DNA from: Candidatus Eiseniibacteriota bacterium
Lineage (GTDB): Bacteria > Eisenbacteria > RBG-16-71-46 > CAIMUX01 > VGJL01
Assembly (NCBI GenBank): GCA_963792585.1
Contig: CAWBWI010000006.1
Span: 960,001-1,024,000, forward strand
Direction of reading: 5' to 3'
DNA length: 64,000 nt
The position numbers and the translations under genes were made by a program. Below the pieces are notes generated by a model. That model had not been told where the DNA came from and ran no database searches. It was given only the letters and a program-made list of their open reading frames with translations. Shown one piece after another: positions 30,900 to 42,300 of the stretch (position 1 is its first letter; the number at the start of each line of letters is the position of its first letter).

Positions 30900-31463
30900 T
30901 CAAGCCTCGACCAGATTGTTCTCGGATCGTGCGTAGGCCAGGCCGCAGGAGCAACGCAGGCTCTCGGGAAGCCGGCGTCCGCACTTGCACGCCCACCCGA
31001 TCACACGGGCGGGATTCCCGGCAACCATCGCGTGGTCCGGAACGTCGCGCACGACCACGGCCCCGGCGGCGACGAAACACCAGCGGCCGAGGGTGATGCC
31101 GCAGACGATCGTGGCGTTCGCGCCGATTGTCGCGCCGAAGCGCACGATGGTCGGCTCCCAACCAGCGGGACCTGTGCGGTAGTCGGGGTGACTTCGCGGG
31201 ATTCTGTCGTTCGTGAAGACCATGGAGGGTCCCAGGAAGACATGATCCTCGATCGTCACCCGATCCCAGATCGCCACCCCGTTCTTGACCGTCACATGGT
31301 TTCCAACACGGGCCCCGCCCTCGACATAGCAACTCTCGCCGATGTTGCACCCCTTGCCGATCGAGGCGCCCTTCATCACGTGGGCGAAGGCCCAAATCCG
31401 GGACCCTTCCCCGACATCTTCGGAATCGTTGATTCCCTGCGGGTGCACGTAGACATCGGACAT
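30900..31463 (-). CDS. Hexapeptide-repeat sugar N-acetyltransferase (WbpD/WlbB-like)
   Basis: IWAFAHV, CNIGE, FLGPSMVFTND, GANATIVCG, VAGNPARVIGW, C-terminal CxCG...CxCG. Confidence 0.88.
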   Translation of the reverse strand: MSDVYVHPQGINDSEDVGEGSRIWAFAHVMKGASIGKGCNIGESCYVEGGARVGNHVTVKNGVAIWDRVTIEDHVFLGPSMVFTNDRIPRSHPDYRTGPAGWEPTIVRFGATIGANATIVCGITLGRWCFVAAGAVVVRDVPDHAMVAGNPARVIGWACKCGRRLPESLRCSCGLAYARSENNLVEA

Positions 31464-31523
31464 CGTCGGAACCCCTCCCCTCCGCCTTGCGGCTCGACCG
31501 CATCGATCCTATCGTGAATCGCG

Positions 31524-32489
31524 ATGAGCGCGCCATCCTGGGACATCCTCGTCGTCGCCAACCCCGTCTGGGAGACTGCCTGGCGGGTCGACCGGATTCC
31601 TACCTCCACCTTCATCGAGGACCCGGACATGGAACGGACGGAGGACGGGGGCGGCAGCGCCCTGAACACCGCCTGCGCGCTGGCCACGGCGGGCCGGCGC
31701 GTGCTCGCCGTCGGAAGGGTCGGCGACGACCCTGAGGGTCGAGCCTGCATCGCCGCCCTCGAACGCCGCGGGGTGGCCGCGAGGATCGAGACGGTTTCGG
31801 GACGGACCACGAAGCGGAACCACCTCTACGTGGAGCGCGGCGGCGCGAAGACCGCATTCCAGGCGTTTCTCCCGCCCCTCTGCGTTCCGGCCTGGGAAGA
31901 GGACCCCGACGCGCTCCTCGATGCATCGATCCTCTGGCTCGACCGATTGGCGGCGCGCGCCCCCGTGTGGCTGCGCGCGCGACGCGAAGTCCCCGGCCTC
32001 GTGAATGGACTGAATCGGAACAGTCCGACCTTTCGGGGTCCGGCGGCCGACAGAGTTCGCGCCGCCCTCCCGTACGTCGATCTGCTCCAGCTCCCCGAGG
32101 GAAGCGGCGATGCACACACCCCGATGCCACGGCACGATCCCGATGTGCGCGGGACGATCCATTCTCCGGCGCCGATGCCCCCGCTCCCTGACGCCGAGGT
32201 CGCGGCGATCATCGATGCCGGCGTGGGCGTTCTCGTGCGAACGCGGGGCGCTCAGGGAGTCTTGCTGCGGTCGCGGGATGCGGAGAGCATCGCCGTCGCC
32301 GCGCTGCCGACCACGGTGATCGATCCGACCGGCGCGGGCGACGCGTTCGCCGCCGGCTTCCTCGACGCGCGCATCGCCGGCGCGACGATTGTCGACGCCG
32401 CGCACCGGGGCGTAGACTGGGCCGCGCGCGCATGCCGGCACCTCGGCGCGCGCGGATGGCTCGACGCCGAGCCGCCGGAGACCAATTGA
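31524..32489 (+). CDS. PfkB family carbohydrate kinase
   Basis: GGSALNTA, GRVGDD, DPTGAGDAFAAG. Confidence 0.88.
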   Translation: MSAPSWDILVVANPVWETAWRVDRIPTSTFIEDPDMERTEDGGGSALNTACALATAGRRVLAVGRVGDDPEGRACIAALERRGVAARIETVSGRTTKRNHLYVERGGAKTAFQAFLPPLCVPAWEEDPDALLDASILWLDRLAARAPVWLRARREVPGLVNGLNRNSPTFRGPAADRVRAALPYVDLLQLPEGSGDAHTPMPRHDPDVRGTIHSPAPMPPLPDAEVAAIIDAGVGVLVRTRGAQGVLLRSRDAESIAVAALPTTVIDPTGAGDAFAAGFLDARIAGATIVDAAHRGVDWAARACRHLGARGWLDAEPPETN

Positions 32490-34792
32490 ACGCGCGATCA
32501 CTCGTCTTCATCCTCTTCTGCCTGTCGATTCCCGTCGCGGGACGCGGCCGCGCGGACGCGGATGCGGGCTTCGAGGCATTTCGCCGCACGGCCAGCCTTG
32601 GTTTCGGACCGGTCCTCGCCGCGACATTCGCCGATGACTCGGTTCTTGCCGCGATCGACGCCTTGCCGGAAGACGGCGCCATCCGCTTCGATCTGGACGG
32701 CGACGGCATGGACGACGCCCTTGCATGGCGCGAGGGAACCACGCGCGTGGTCGGAATCGATGAGGACGGCGATCTCGCTGCGGGCGAAATGCGAACGGAC
32801 GGCGACGACGACTGCATTGTCGTCGATATCGGCGGCGATGGAATCCCCGATCGGGTCGTCGACCGCTCGGATGGGAACGGTGACGGGATCGCCGACTGGG
32901 AGGCGATCTACGAGGTCACGACCGGGGCGCTCGGTGCCCCGGGTGTCGGCGTCCTGGTCTACTTCGACCTTGATTGCGACGGCCGGATGTTCCACCTGAC
33001 GAATTACGACTACCACGCGAACCGCGACATGTGGCAGAGCGACTTCGCCGGGGACGCTTGCTTCCTCGCAGGTCGGCGCGATGAGGCGACCGGACGCTGG
33101 ACGTCGGCATACGAAAACCCCTTCTGTTTCTACGACGACGACGGCGACGGAGCGACCGACGAGGCGCTGCGCCTGGAGGGCGAGGATCTGCGCATCGAGT
33201 CGCTACGGTGGAGTTTCGACGCCGACGGGGATGGAACCGATCATCCAGACTACGATTTCTCGCTCACAGCAATCGGGCCGAGCCAGGCGCCGCCGTCGCT
33301 CGCCGACAGCCTCGTGCTCCGCGATGGTCGGGCCCTACGGTTCGTCGCGTGGAATCGCGCGAGGGATTTCGCCCGCTGGGCGCTCTGGCGATCGATCCTC
33401 CTCGTGTGGGACGAGGACGACGCGAACGTCGCCCCCTTCAGCGAGACGCCCGACCGCGAGCGGTGGGAGGGTGTCATCGCGATGCCCTACAAGGGATTCC
33501 CCTCCGTTGGAGGGCCCGACTGCGGAAGAGTCAACAAGCGCTACGAGATCGACCGCGACGGATCGGGGCGCCTCGGCCTCTACTTCAGCGCGGTCGACGA
33601 TCGAATCCACCTGCGCGGCGCGGAGGAGGGCGAAATCGATATCGTCCTGCCCGCCAACCCGGCGATCCAACGGCAGGTTCAGACCGAGGACGCCGACGGC
33701 AACGGATACCTGGACACGTGGACCTATTCAGGCGGGCCCCACGACCGAACGATCCGGCTCGCCGACGAGGGCGCCCGCCTCCTCCCGCTCGACATCAACC
33801 CTTTGCGGGGATTCTGGCGCCGGGCCCTGGGCGATGCGCGCGACCGCTCGAAATGGAATGGGGAGCAGATCGAGCGATCGATTCCCCGAAGAGACTCCAA
33901 TCGCGTTCGGTCCTGGTGGAACGAGGCGCGCGATCGCCACGACCCCCTGATTGTCCGAGCCGGACGTAACGAGGAGACCGAGCGGCTCATCCTCGACGCG
34001 CTCCTCTGGGAGACCGGAGGCGGCTTTCTCGCACTCAACCCCGACGAGCCGCCCGCCTCCGATGCCCCACCTCCGTTGCGACCGGCAACGGCACGGGTTG
34101 ATCCCTATTTCGGCAGCGGGATTGCCTTCGAGTCCCTATCGATCGCCTATCGCACCTATGACGGACGGATCGACGTCTTCTCGAAGAAGCGCAGGCAGCT
34201 CGTGCTTCGCGGCGATCTCGGCGACTACCATCGGCCGCAGCCGTGGGGAATCGACGCGCTCGACGTCGGCGTCGGTCCCGGGCTCGGCGGGCTGTACGCC
34301 TTCGCTTCCGAAACCTGGAACCCCTTGTTCGGCGCAGATGCCGTGCGCGGCCAACGTGTTGTGACCGACGCTCCGGATCGCGCCGTGGTGGAGATCGACC
34401 TGTGCGGCGGAACGGGAAGCGTCCGCAGACGCTGGTCGATCGCGGGAACCGGTTCCGTGATCGAGGAGACGCTCGTCGCCCTCGCGGGCCCCTCGTCCCT
34501 GGCCGTCGCGATCCCACGACTCGAGGAGGCCGGCGTGTCGGCGGACAGTCTCATGGTCTGGTCGTACGGGGTCTCAGCCTCGGGGGCGGGGGCGATCGGG
34601 CTAGCCGGCGCGGTCGAGTCCCGACGTCCGCACAAGCTCTTCGTGATCGACGGGAACCCCGCGATCGGTTTCGATGCAGCGCCGGGCGACACGGTCCGGT
34701 TGCGCTGGGTTGCGGGGGGTGCGGTCTACGGCGACTCGAGCGCGGCGTCGTGGTCCGCCCGCGCCGCGGCGCTGCTCGGCGTGCGGCAGTAG
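32486..34792 (+). CDS. Exported hypothetical protein with DxDGDG motifs and a DUF4861-like C-terminal region
   Basis: TTG 32486 overlapping the pfkB stop; signal peptide; repeated D-x-D-G-D-G; IAFES...AYRTY...IDVFSK...DYH...WGIDALDVG. Confidence 0.6.
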   Translation: MNARSLVFILFCLSIPVAGRGRADADAGFEAFRRTASLGFGPVLAATFADDSVLAAIDALPEDGAIRFDLDGDGMDDALAWREGTTRVVGIDEDGDLAAGEMRTDGDDDCIVVDIGGDGIPDRVVDRSDGNGDGIADWEAIYEVTTGALGAPGVGVLVYFDLDCDGRMFHLTNYDYHANRDMWQSDFAGDACFLAGRRDEATGRWTSAYENPFCFYDDDGDGATDEALRLEGEDLRIESLRWSFDADGDGTDHPDYDFSLTAIGPSQAPPSLADSLVLRDGRALRFVAWNRARDFARWALWRSILLVWDEDDANVAPFSETPDRERWEGVIAMPYKGFPSVGGPDCGRVNKRYEIDRDGSGRLGLYFSAVDDRIHLRGAEEGEIDIVLPANPAIQRQVQTEDADGNGYLDTWTYSGGPHDRTIRLADEGARLLPLDINPLRGFWRRALGDARDRSKWNGEQIERSIPRRDSNRVRSWWNEARDRHDPLIVRAGRNEETERLILDALLWETGGGFLALNPDEPPASDAPPPLRPATARVDPYFGSGIAFESLSIAYRTYDGRIDVFSKKRRQLVLRGDLGDYHRPQPWGIDALDVGVGPGLGGLYAFASETWNPLFGADAVRGQRVVTDAPDRAVVEIDLCGGTGSVRRRWSIAGTGSVIEETLVALAGPSSLAVAIPRLEEAGVSADSLMVWSYGVSASGAGAIGLAGAVESRRPHKLFVIDGNPAIGFDAAPGDTVRLRWVAGGAVYGDSSAASWSARAAALLGVRQ

Positions 34793-34989
34793 ACTCCTGG
34801 ACAATAAGTGCGGGCGCTGATTCGGGCGGCGGCGGAAGTGCACGGGCTGCGTCTGCGACCGCTCGGGATGAGTTGCGCCGGCACGCGTAGCGCAGACGCG
34901 CCCTTCCGCCGCCGCCCTGCATGCGCCCGCCCGCTGCCCGGACAGCACTGCCGTAGCGGCGCGCCGCGGGATCGCCTAACCTCGCGCCC

Positions 34990-35811
34990 ATGGAACAAGA
35001 GCCTCTTTCACGTCAACCGCACGTCGTCCTCGTCGTCTCCGACGGCACCGGGGTCACCGGCGAGCGAGTCGTCCAGGCCGCACTGACCCAGTTCGACCCC
35101 GACGCCGTCGCGGTCGAGCGTCTTGGTCAAGTGCGGGCTCCCGAGCGGATCACCGAGGCGATCGAGGACGCCGCGCGCCGGCGTGCGACCGTCCTCTTCA
35201 GCCTCGTCGTGCCGGAGCAGCGCCGCCATCTCCTTCATGAGGCGCGGCGCCACAACGTCACCGTCATCGATCTCCTCGGGCCCATCCTGCAGAGTCTCGC
35301 GCACGTCCTCGCGGTCTCCCCTCGCGCCGACCCTGGAATCTTCCGCCAGCTCGACGAGGAATACTTCCGCCGGATCGACGCGATCGACTTCGCCGTCAAG
35401 CATGACGACGGGAAGGCGGCCGACGAGCTGGCTTCCGCCGACCTCGTGCTCGTCGGCGTCTCGCGCACGTCGAAGACCCCGCTGTCGATGTTCCTCGCCT
35501 ATCGCGGTTGGCGCGTCGCCAACGTTCCGATCGTGCTCGGAATGGAGCCTCCTCCCGAGTTGTTCGCCATCGACCGCTCGAAGGTGATCGCGCTCTCCGC
35601 CCGCCCGGTCTGGCTCGAGGGGATCCGCCGCGAACGCCAGCAACGCCTCGCGCGCGGGCTCTCCATGACCTACGCCGAGATGGAGCACATCCAGGCCGAG
35701 CTGGCGTGGTTCCGACAGATCCTGGCGCGCGGCGGCTGGACGCTGGTGGAGGTGACCTACAAGGCGATCGAGGAGACGGCCGGCGAGATCGTGACCCTGA
35801 TGCGCGGCTGA
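34990..35811 (+). CDS. ppsR: PEP synthase/PPDK regulatory kinase-pyrophosphorylase (DUF299)
   Basis: VSDGTGVT, YFRRIDAIDFAVKHDDG, LVGVSRTSKTPLS, VANVP, KAIEETA. Confidence 0.92.
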   Translation: MEQEPLSRQPHVVLVVSDGTGVTGERVVQAALTQFDPDAVAVERLGQVRAPERITEAIEDAARRRATVLFSLVVPEQRRHLLHEARRHNVTVIDLLGPILQSLAHVLAVSPRADPGIFRQLDEEYFRRIDAIDFAVKHDDGKAADELASADLVLVGVSRTSKTPLSMFLAYRGWRVANVPIVLGMEPPPELFAIDRSKVIALSARPVWLEGIRRERQQRLARGLSMTYAEMEHIQAELAWFRQILARGGWTLVEVTYKAIEETAGEIVTLMRG

Positions 35812-35934
35812 GGCGGTATCGCCGGATCGGCTTGACAGCGCCGGTTCCCGCCATGGATCATGCCCGGTTTCCGGGGGTCGCCGTGAAGCCCGCCCAACCC
35901 GCCGATCCACACGCGAACCAGGGGGTCTTTCTGC

Positions 35935-37989
35935 ATGTCCGTTTCCATCGTTCGCGCACGGAGCCGGCAAACAGCGCACGCATTGCGTCTCGCCCCCGCG
36001 ATCATGATCCTGCTCGAGCTGCTCCTCGCAGCCCGTGCAATCGCCGCGGAACCCGAGCCCGTTCCCGACCCGAACAAGATCTTCCGGCTGCCCGAAGTCG
36101 TCATCACGGCCAAGCCCATTCTGCAGGAGACGCGGTTCGACAGCCTCGGAACCCTCATGACGATCGTGACCCGTAAGCAGATCGACGGGTTGAACGCGCT
36201 GGATCTTCCCTCTGCCCTTCGCCGGATCCCCGGAGTGGTCATCTCCCGATACAACCTGGTCGGCAGCTACGGCGGCGGCGACGGCGGCGCCGTCTACCTT
36301 CGTGGGCTCGGTTCGGGTCGCCCCGGCGCGGAGATCGGCACCCTCTTCGATGGAGTGCCCCGATTCGTGGGCGTTTGGACCCATCCGATCATGGATGCGC
36401 TCTCGCTGGATTCGGCGGACGGCATCGAGGTCTCCAAGAGTCCCCAGTCGGTCCTGCAGGGAAACATGGCCTTCGGATCGGTCAACATGGTCCCGTTCCG
36501 GCGATCTTCGCCCGGCTACGAGACTGCGGTCCAGGGCGCGTGGGGTCGATACGGGACGCGCTCGGGCGACATCCGGCATGGCGGCCGCACGCGATCCTTC
36601 GACTACTACCTGAGCGCCGGGCAGAAGCGCAGCGACGGAGAACGTGACCTCGCCTACGGAAGGACGGAGTCGATCTATGGGCGGGCGGGCCTGCAGCTCG
36701 CGCCGGGGTGGGACTGGAGCCTGCAGGTCGATCATACGGGCGGATCCGTGCAGGATCCGGGTTCGAAGGACAATCCGTGGCCTGTGGAGGACCCTGCATT
36801 CAAGGTTCCTCGCTTCGACACCAACACGGAATTCTACCTGGCCACGATGCCGCACCGGATCGGCCGCGCTTTGGGGGTGGCAAAGCTCTACCTCGACCAC
36901 GGGCGGATGGATTGGCGCCTCTGGGACTCTCCGAGTTTTGGACAGCCTCCGGAGAGCTTCCGCGGTTTGACCGAGTACGACAACTACGGCCTGCGCCTTC
37001 ATGAGTCCATCTCCGGACCGTCGGCGATCCGCATGATCCTGGGATTCGATCAGGACTTCTATGGAGGCAAAGCATGGGAGGTGCACGCGTCCGGAAAGAC
37101 ACCCGAACTCGAGCACTTCTTCCGCAACCGCGCCCCCTACATGACCGCAAGCCGCGCGATCCGTCTAGGCGACGATGCGTCGAACGCGTGGTGGGTGACG
37201 CCGGCGGCGGGCGTCCGATACAACGACAGCCGCTCCTTCGACTCCGATTGGGGTTGGCAGGCCGGGGCCGTCGTCGAGCAGGGTCGAAGGCACTTCCACA
37301 TTCAGCGCAGCCGCGGCTTCAATCTACCGGGCGTCTACGTGGCGACCATGTATGACGGCTGGAATCGCCCGGGAGAATGGGAGGATCTGCGTGCGGAAAC
37401 TCTGGATCACAACGAGGTCGGCCTGCGCATCGGCCTCCTCCCGAGGGTCGAGATGGAAGCAACCGCCTTCTACGATGAAGTGCGGTCCGCCCTGCGCTGG
37501 GTGCCGCCCGTCATCCCACCGCCGCCCCCATTTCAGTCGCCTCGATTCGACAACGGTGGGCGTTCCGTGAACAGGGGCGTGGAGACGAGCTTGACGGCCG
37601 ACGTCGGCGCCTCCGCGCTCTTCGCCGGGATCGCCTTGATGAATCCATCTCCGAAGGATCTTCCGAACGCCCCCGCCTGGTCCGTCGACGCGGGTCTGAA
37701 CGCACGCCTGACGCGGGCGCTGGGCCTGAGCGTGGACGCAAGCTGGACTGCCGAGCAAGTCGTGCTCAATCCGCGGTTCGCATCCCCGACCGACTACGAC
37801 CAGCCGACCGCTCGCGTGGGCCGGCACTTCCTCCTCAACGCCCGGCTCGGGTATGCCTTGAGGGCGGCGGGCGCGCAGTCGGAGATCTACCTCGCCGCGG
37901 AGAACATCACCGATGAGGAGTATGAGTACAGACCCGGCTACCCGATGCCGCCCGTGACATGGATGACGGGAATCCGGGTGAACTTCTAG
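35935..37989 (+). CDS. TonB-dependent receptor
   Basis: TonB-box-like EVVITA, plug (ALRRIPGV, YLRG, DGVP), NITDEEY, terminal Phe. Confidence 0.88.
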   Translation: MSVSIVRARSRQTAHALRLAPAIMILLELLLAARAIAAEPEPVPDPNKIFRLPEVVITAKPILQETRFDSLGTLMTIVTRKQIDGLNALDLPSALRRIPGVVISRYNLVGSYGGGDGGAVYLRGLGSGRPGAEIGTLFDGVPRFVGVWTHPIMDALSLDSADGIEVSKSPQSVLQGNMAFGSVNMVPFRRSSPGYETAVQGAWGRYGTRSGDIRHGGRTRSFDYYLSAGQKRSDGERDLAYGRTESIYGRAGLQLAPGWDWSLQVDHTGGSVQDPGSKDNPWPVEDPAFKVPRFDTNTEFYLATMPHRIGRALGVAKLYLDHGRMDWRLWDSPSFGQPPESFRGLTEYDNYGLRLHESISGPSAIRMILGFDQDFYGGKAWEVHASGKTPELEHFFRNRAPYMTASRAIRLGDDASNAWWVTPAAGVRYNDSRSFDSDWGWQAGAVVEQGRRHFHIQRSRGFNLPGVYVATMYDGWNRPGEWEDLRAETLDHNEVGLRIGLLPRVEMEATAFYDEVRSALRWVPPVIPPPPPFQSPRFDNGGRSVNRGVETSLTADVGASALFAGIALMNPSPKDLPNAPAWSVDAGLNARLTRALGLSVDASWTAEQVVLNPRFASPTDYDQPTARVGRHFLLNARLGYALRAAGAQSEIYLAAENITDEEYEYRPGYPMPPVTWMTGIRVNF

Positions 37990-38009
37990 ACTCTGGACGA
38001 AACCCCCGC

Positions 38010-39248
38010 CTAGAAGACGCTCATGCCGGTCGTCGTGATGGAACCGCGGTAGTCGCGGTAGAACGAGCCGCTGCTCTTGTTGGTGTCCCGTGTGTAGTAG
38101 TTCCAACCGAGGAACAGCCAAGTCGTATCCACCAGACGGAATCGGGAACCGACACCGACTTGCCAGAGCGCGTACGCGAGCGGTTTGCCCGCATCGCCCA
38201 TGATGTGCTCGTAGCGGCGCCAGCTCTGTTCCGCATTCGTTCGAATCTCCAGCCTCTCCATTGCGTTGAAGGCGCCGAGGATCTGGACGGTATGCGTTCG
38301 GTTGTTCTCGTACCCGGCGAACAGGTCGGTCTTGCCGCTTCGATCGTACCGGGCTTCGAATCGCGTCTTGGATCCCACCGGCATCGTGCACGACACGCCG
38401 GCGGTGCGATAGCGGTGGAGCTCCGTCGGATGATCGGGAAGCTCGTGCCCGTCCTGCGTGGCGGCCAGTTCCTTCCGGTAGCCGCGCTCCCCGGATGAGT
38501 AGGAGAACTCCAGGTAGCGATACGGACCGAAACGACGCCGGTACTCGGCCGTCAACGCCCACTCGGTCCAGTCGATCGAGCGAAGTCCCTTCGTTTCGCT
38601 GTAGTTCTTCGCGATCTGCTCTCCGCCGAAGGTGAACATGTGTCGCTCGTTGATGCGCCATACGAGGGCCGCTTCCGCTCCATACCTCCAGTATGCGTAG
38701 TCTCGCAGATAGTCCAGACCGACGATCGTCGTGGCGTCATCGTTCTTGTGACTCAGTTCCAGATTCGCCTCGACCCGGACTCCCCCGCCCAACCGGCGGA
38801 CATACAAGCTGCTGGCGTTTCCGTAGGTCGAATTGCTGTTGGCGTATCGGGGCCGCTGGGTCTGGTTCCAGCTCACGCTCGAGATCCACTTGTCGCCCCT
38901 GGCGGATCGCACCTCCGTCTGGAGGATGGCCCAATCCCCCCATGCCAGGCCCTTCTTCTCGAGCGCCGCGGGACTTCTGTAGACATTGTTGTCGGACCCC
39001 ATGAAGCCACTGACGCCGCCGAGCATCGAGAAGCCTCCGGCTGCGGCCAACTCCCGCTTCTGCTCGGCGATGCGATCGGGTATCGACGCCATCACCGACC
39101 CGATACCGATCTCATCTTCCTCTTCGTCCACGACGGCATGGGACGGTGTCGCGCAAAGGACGGAAGCGCAGATGAGCAGCAGCAGATCCCGTCCCGGATG
39201 CCTCCTTCCGCGGCCCGTTGATCCGTTTTCGAGAGTCACTCGCTTCAT
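38010..39248 (-). CDS. Probable outer-membrane beta-barrel protein
   Basis: ATG 39248 with AGGAGG RBS; signal peptide, SDNNVY, alternating Tyr/Arg strands, terminal Phe. Confidence 0.65.
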   Translation of the reverse strand: MKRVTLENGSTGRGRRHPGRDLLLLICASVLCATPSHAVVDEEEDEIGIGSVMASIPDRIAEQKRELAAAGGFSMLGGVSGFMGSDNNVYRSPAALEKKGLAWGDWAILQTEVRSARGDKWISSVSWNQTQRPRYANSNSTYGNASSLYVRRLGGGVRVEANLELSHKNDDATTIVGLDYLRDYAYWRYGAEAALVWRINERHMFTFGGEQIAKNYSETKGLRSIDWTEWALTAEYRRRFGPYRYLEFSYSSGERGYRKELAATQDGHELPDHPTELHRYRTAGVSCTMPVGSKTRFEARYDRSGKTDLFAGYENNRTHTVQILGAFNAMERLEIRTNAEQSWRRYEHIMGDAGKPLAYALWQVGVGSRFRLVDTTWLFLGWNYYTRDTNKSSGSFYRDYRGSITTTGMSVF

Positions 39249-39306
39249 CTCATTCCTCCTGTCGCTGAATCGACCGGGCGTGCAGAGCAGTGCGCATTGG
39301 AGACGC

Positions 39307-42300
39307 TCATCTGGCGACGACAACTCGACGCGCGTCGAATCCACGACCCATGGCGGCCCGTGCGAGATAGACGCCGTTCGGCAATCCCGCGGTATCGAGT
39401 TCCAGGTTCACAACACCTTCGCCGGACACCGACGTGGTTCGACGGGTGACGGCCCGGCCCTGGACGTCGAAGAGGGTCAGATCGACGGAGCCCGGCTCGG
39501 AAACGAGGATGCTGATGTGGAGGATCCCGCCCGTGGGATTGGGGCTCGCATTCTCGATGGCGAGCCCGATCGGCCGGAGGCCGCCCGAGGCGACGTCCGA
39601 AGTCGGGACGTAGAAGTAGCGTTGCCCGTAGACCTCGAATTCATTCGGGCCGATGCCGAGCGCATCGTCGTCCCCGACCCACACGACGAGGAACTCGTTG
39701 ATCGGCGCCGCGTAGACCACGGCCGGCCGAAGCGCGTCGAAGAGCCCGTCGCCGTCGGGACCCATGTCGCTCAGCCGGAAGTCGTTCTCCCCGGTCTCCA
39801 ACCCGGTGGAGGCGACGATCCGCTGCCCGAAGATCTCCGACTCCCCGTCGGCCAATAGACCCGTGTTGTCATCGCCATGCCAGAGGACGAGGAACTCCCG
39901 CTCCCGACCGTTGAACACCACTGCCGGCGCCTGAGCGTCGTAGAGCGGATCCCCGTTTGGACCCATGTCGCTCACGCGGAAGTCGTTGGCCCCGAGTTGC
40001 GCGCCGCCGGCTCCGTCGATCCTCTGGGCGAAGATCTCGAACTCTCCCGCGACCAGCGGAGCGATGTTGTCCTCACCCTCCCATGCGACCAGGTACTGAT
40101 TGACGAATGGGTCGTACGCCGCCGCGGGGGCAAAGGCGTCGAAGTTCGGATCTCCATCCGTCCCCATGTCGCTGATCCGGAAGTCGTTGGGCCCGACCGC
40201 CGAACCGGCCCCTGTCAGCAGCTGCCCGTAGATCTCGAACTCGCCGTTCACCAGGAGACCGGAATTGTCCTCACCCGCCCATGCGACGAGGTACTGATTG
40301 GCGGAGGAGTTGAAGGCGACGGCGGGCACGGCCGCGTCGAACTCGAAGTCGGAATCCGACCCCATGTCGCTTACGCGGAAGTCGTTCGATCCCACCTCGG
40401 CGCCCGTAGAGCCGGAGATTCTCTGGCCGAAGATCTCCGTCTCTCCTTCGACCAGGGGAAGTGTGTTGTCATCCCCCTCCCAGACGACGATGTACTCGTC
40501 CAGGGTCGGGTTGTACGCGAGGGCGGGCTCCGCCGCATCGTAGAGGGCGTCGCCATCCGGTCCCATGTCGGAGATCCGGAAGTCGTCGACGCCCACCTGC
40601 GCCCCGGTGACGGCATCGATGCGCTGCCCGAAGATCTCGAACTCGCCGTTGACGAGTGCCCCGTTGTCGTCTTCCCCCGCCCAGACGACGAGGTACTCCT
40701 GGTGGACCTGGCTGTAGACGGCCACAGGGGATTGCGCATCGTATGCGGGATCGCCCGCCGGCCCCATGTCGCTGATCCGCAGGTCGTTCGTTCCAATCTC
40801 GCGGCCGGTCAACGCGTCGATCCGCTGGCCGAAGATCTCGGTCTCTCCGTCGACGAGCGTGCCCAGGTCGTCGTCTCCCTGCCAGACCACCAGATACTGG
40901 TGCCGGTCGGGGTTGTATGCGACCGCAGGCTGGTCCGCGTCGTAATCGATGTCGCCGTCGGGGCCCATATCGCTCAGACGGAAATCGTTCACGCCGGTCT
41001 CCGCCCCGGTGGCGGCAACGACGCGCTGCCCCCACAACTCGAACTCGTCGTCGGCAAGACCGACGGCGTCGTCGTCGCCCTCCCAGATCACGAGGAACTG
41101 CCCCTGGGCGGCCGCGAAGGTGACCGACGGATGCAGCGCCGCGGCCAGCGTGTTGCCATCGGTGCCCAGGTCGCTCAGACGGCTGTCGTCCGTGCCGGCT
41201 TGCGCGCCGGTGACCGCGCTCACCCTCTGGCAGAACACCTCCAACTCGCCTTCGCCGAGTCCGCTACCGTCGGTGTCCCCGTGCCAGACGACGAGGTACT
41301 CATGCGCCGTTGGATTGTATGCCACGGCCGGAGCCAATGCGTCGAACAGCGGATCCCCGTCCTGGCCCATCTGGCTCAAACGGGAATCGTTGACCCCCAC
41401 CTCGGCACCGGTTGCGGCCGCGATCCGCTGGCAGAAGATCTCGAACTCCCCGTCCACGACGCCCCCGACGTTGTCATCACCGGACCAGGCCACGAGATAC
41501 TCGTTTTCCCCACCCGCATAGGCCACTGCCGGGGCGAGGGCGTCGTACACATCACTCCCGGTCGTGCCCATGTCGCTCAGACGAAAGTCGTTCGCTCCGA
41601 CTTCCGCGCCCGTCGCGGCCGCGATTCTCTGACCGAAGATCTCGGATTCCCCGTCCACGAGACCGCCGACGTTGTCGTCCCCTTCCCATACGACGAGGTA
41701 CTCGTTTGGTCCGCTGCCGTAGGTGATCGCCGGAGCGTTCGCGTCGTAGAGTGGGTCTCCATCGGGACCCATGTCGCTCAGGCGGAAGTCGTTGACCCCC
41801 ACCTCGGCCCCTGTCGCCGCCTGGATTCTCTGACCGAAGATCTCGGTGTCCCCCTCGACCAGGAGCCCGCTGTTGTCGTCGCCGTCCCATACGACCAGGT
41901 ACTCGCCCTGGGCGGCGCAGTAGGCGACGGCGGGATGCACGGCATCGAAGAGGGAGTCCCCGTCGGGCCCCATGTCGCTCACGCGGAAATCGTTCACGCC
42001 GACCTCCGCGCCCGTTGTCGCGTCGATCCGTTGTCCGAAGATCTCCGATTCGCCGTTGACGAGCAGGCCTGAGAGATCATCCCCGGTCCACACGACGAGG
42101 AACTCACGGTTGGTCGGGTTGAAGGCGACGGCCGGGGAGGTCGCGTCGTATTCGGCGTTCCCGTTCGGGCCCATGTCGCTGACGCGGAAGTCGTTCGTGC
42201 CGATCTCCGCTCCGCTCGCGGCATCGACCCGTTGTCCGAAGATCTCGAACTGGCCGTCCCCGAGGCCCACCGTATCGTCGTCACCCTCCCAGACGACGAG

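Noticed and set aside
35812..35934. Cobalamin riboswitch ahead of the TonB receptor
   Set aside because: The gap is short and I see no B12-box or conserved core; only a TTGACA -35-like hexamer is evident.
35008..42072. Long antisense ORFs (e.g. 35008-37116 minus, 39877-42072 plus) and similar ones elsewhere
   Set aside because: These are shadow frames typical of high-GC DNA, opposite well-supported genes and without recognisable motifs.
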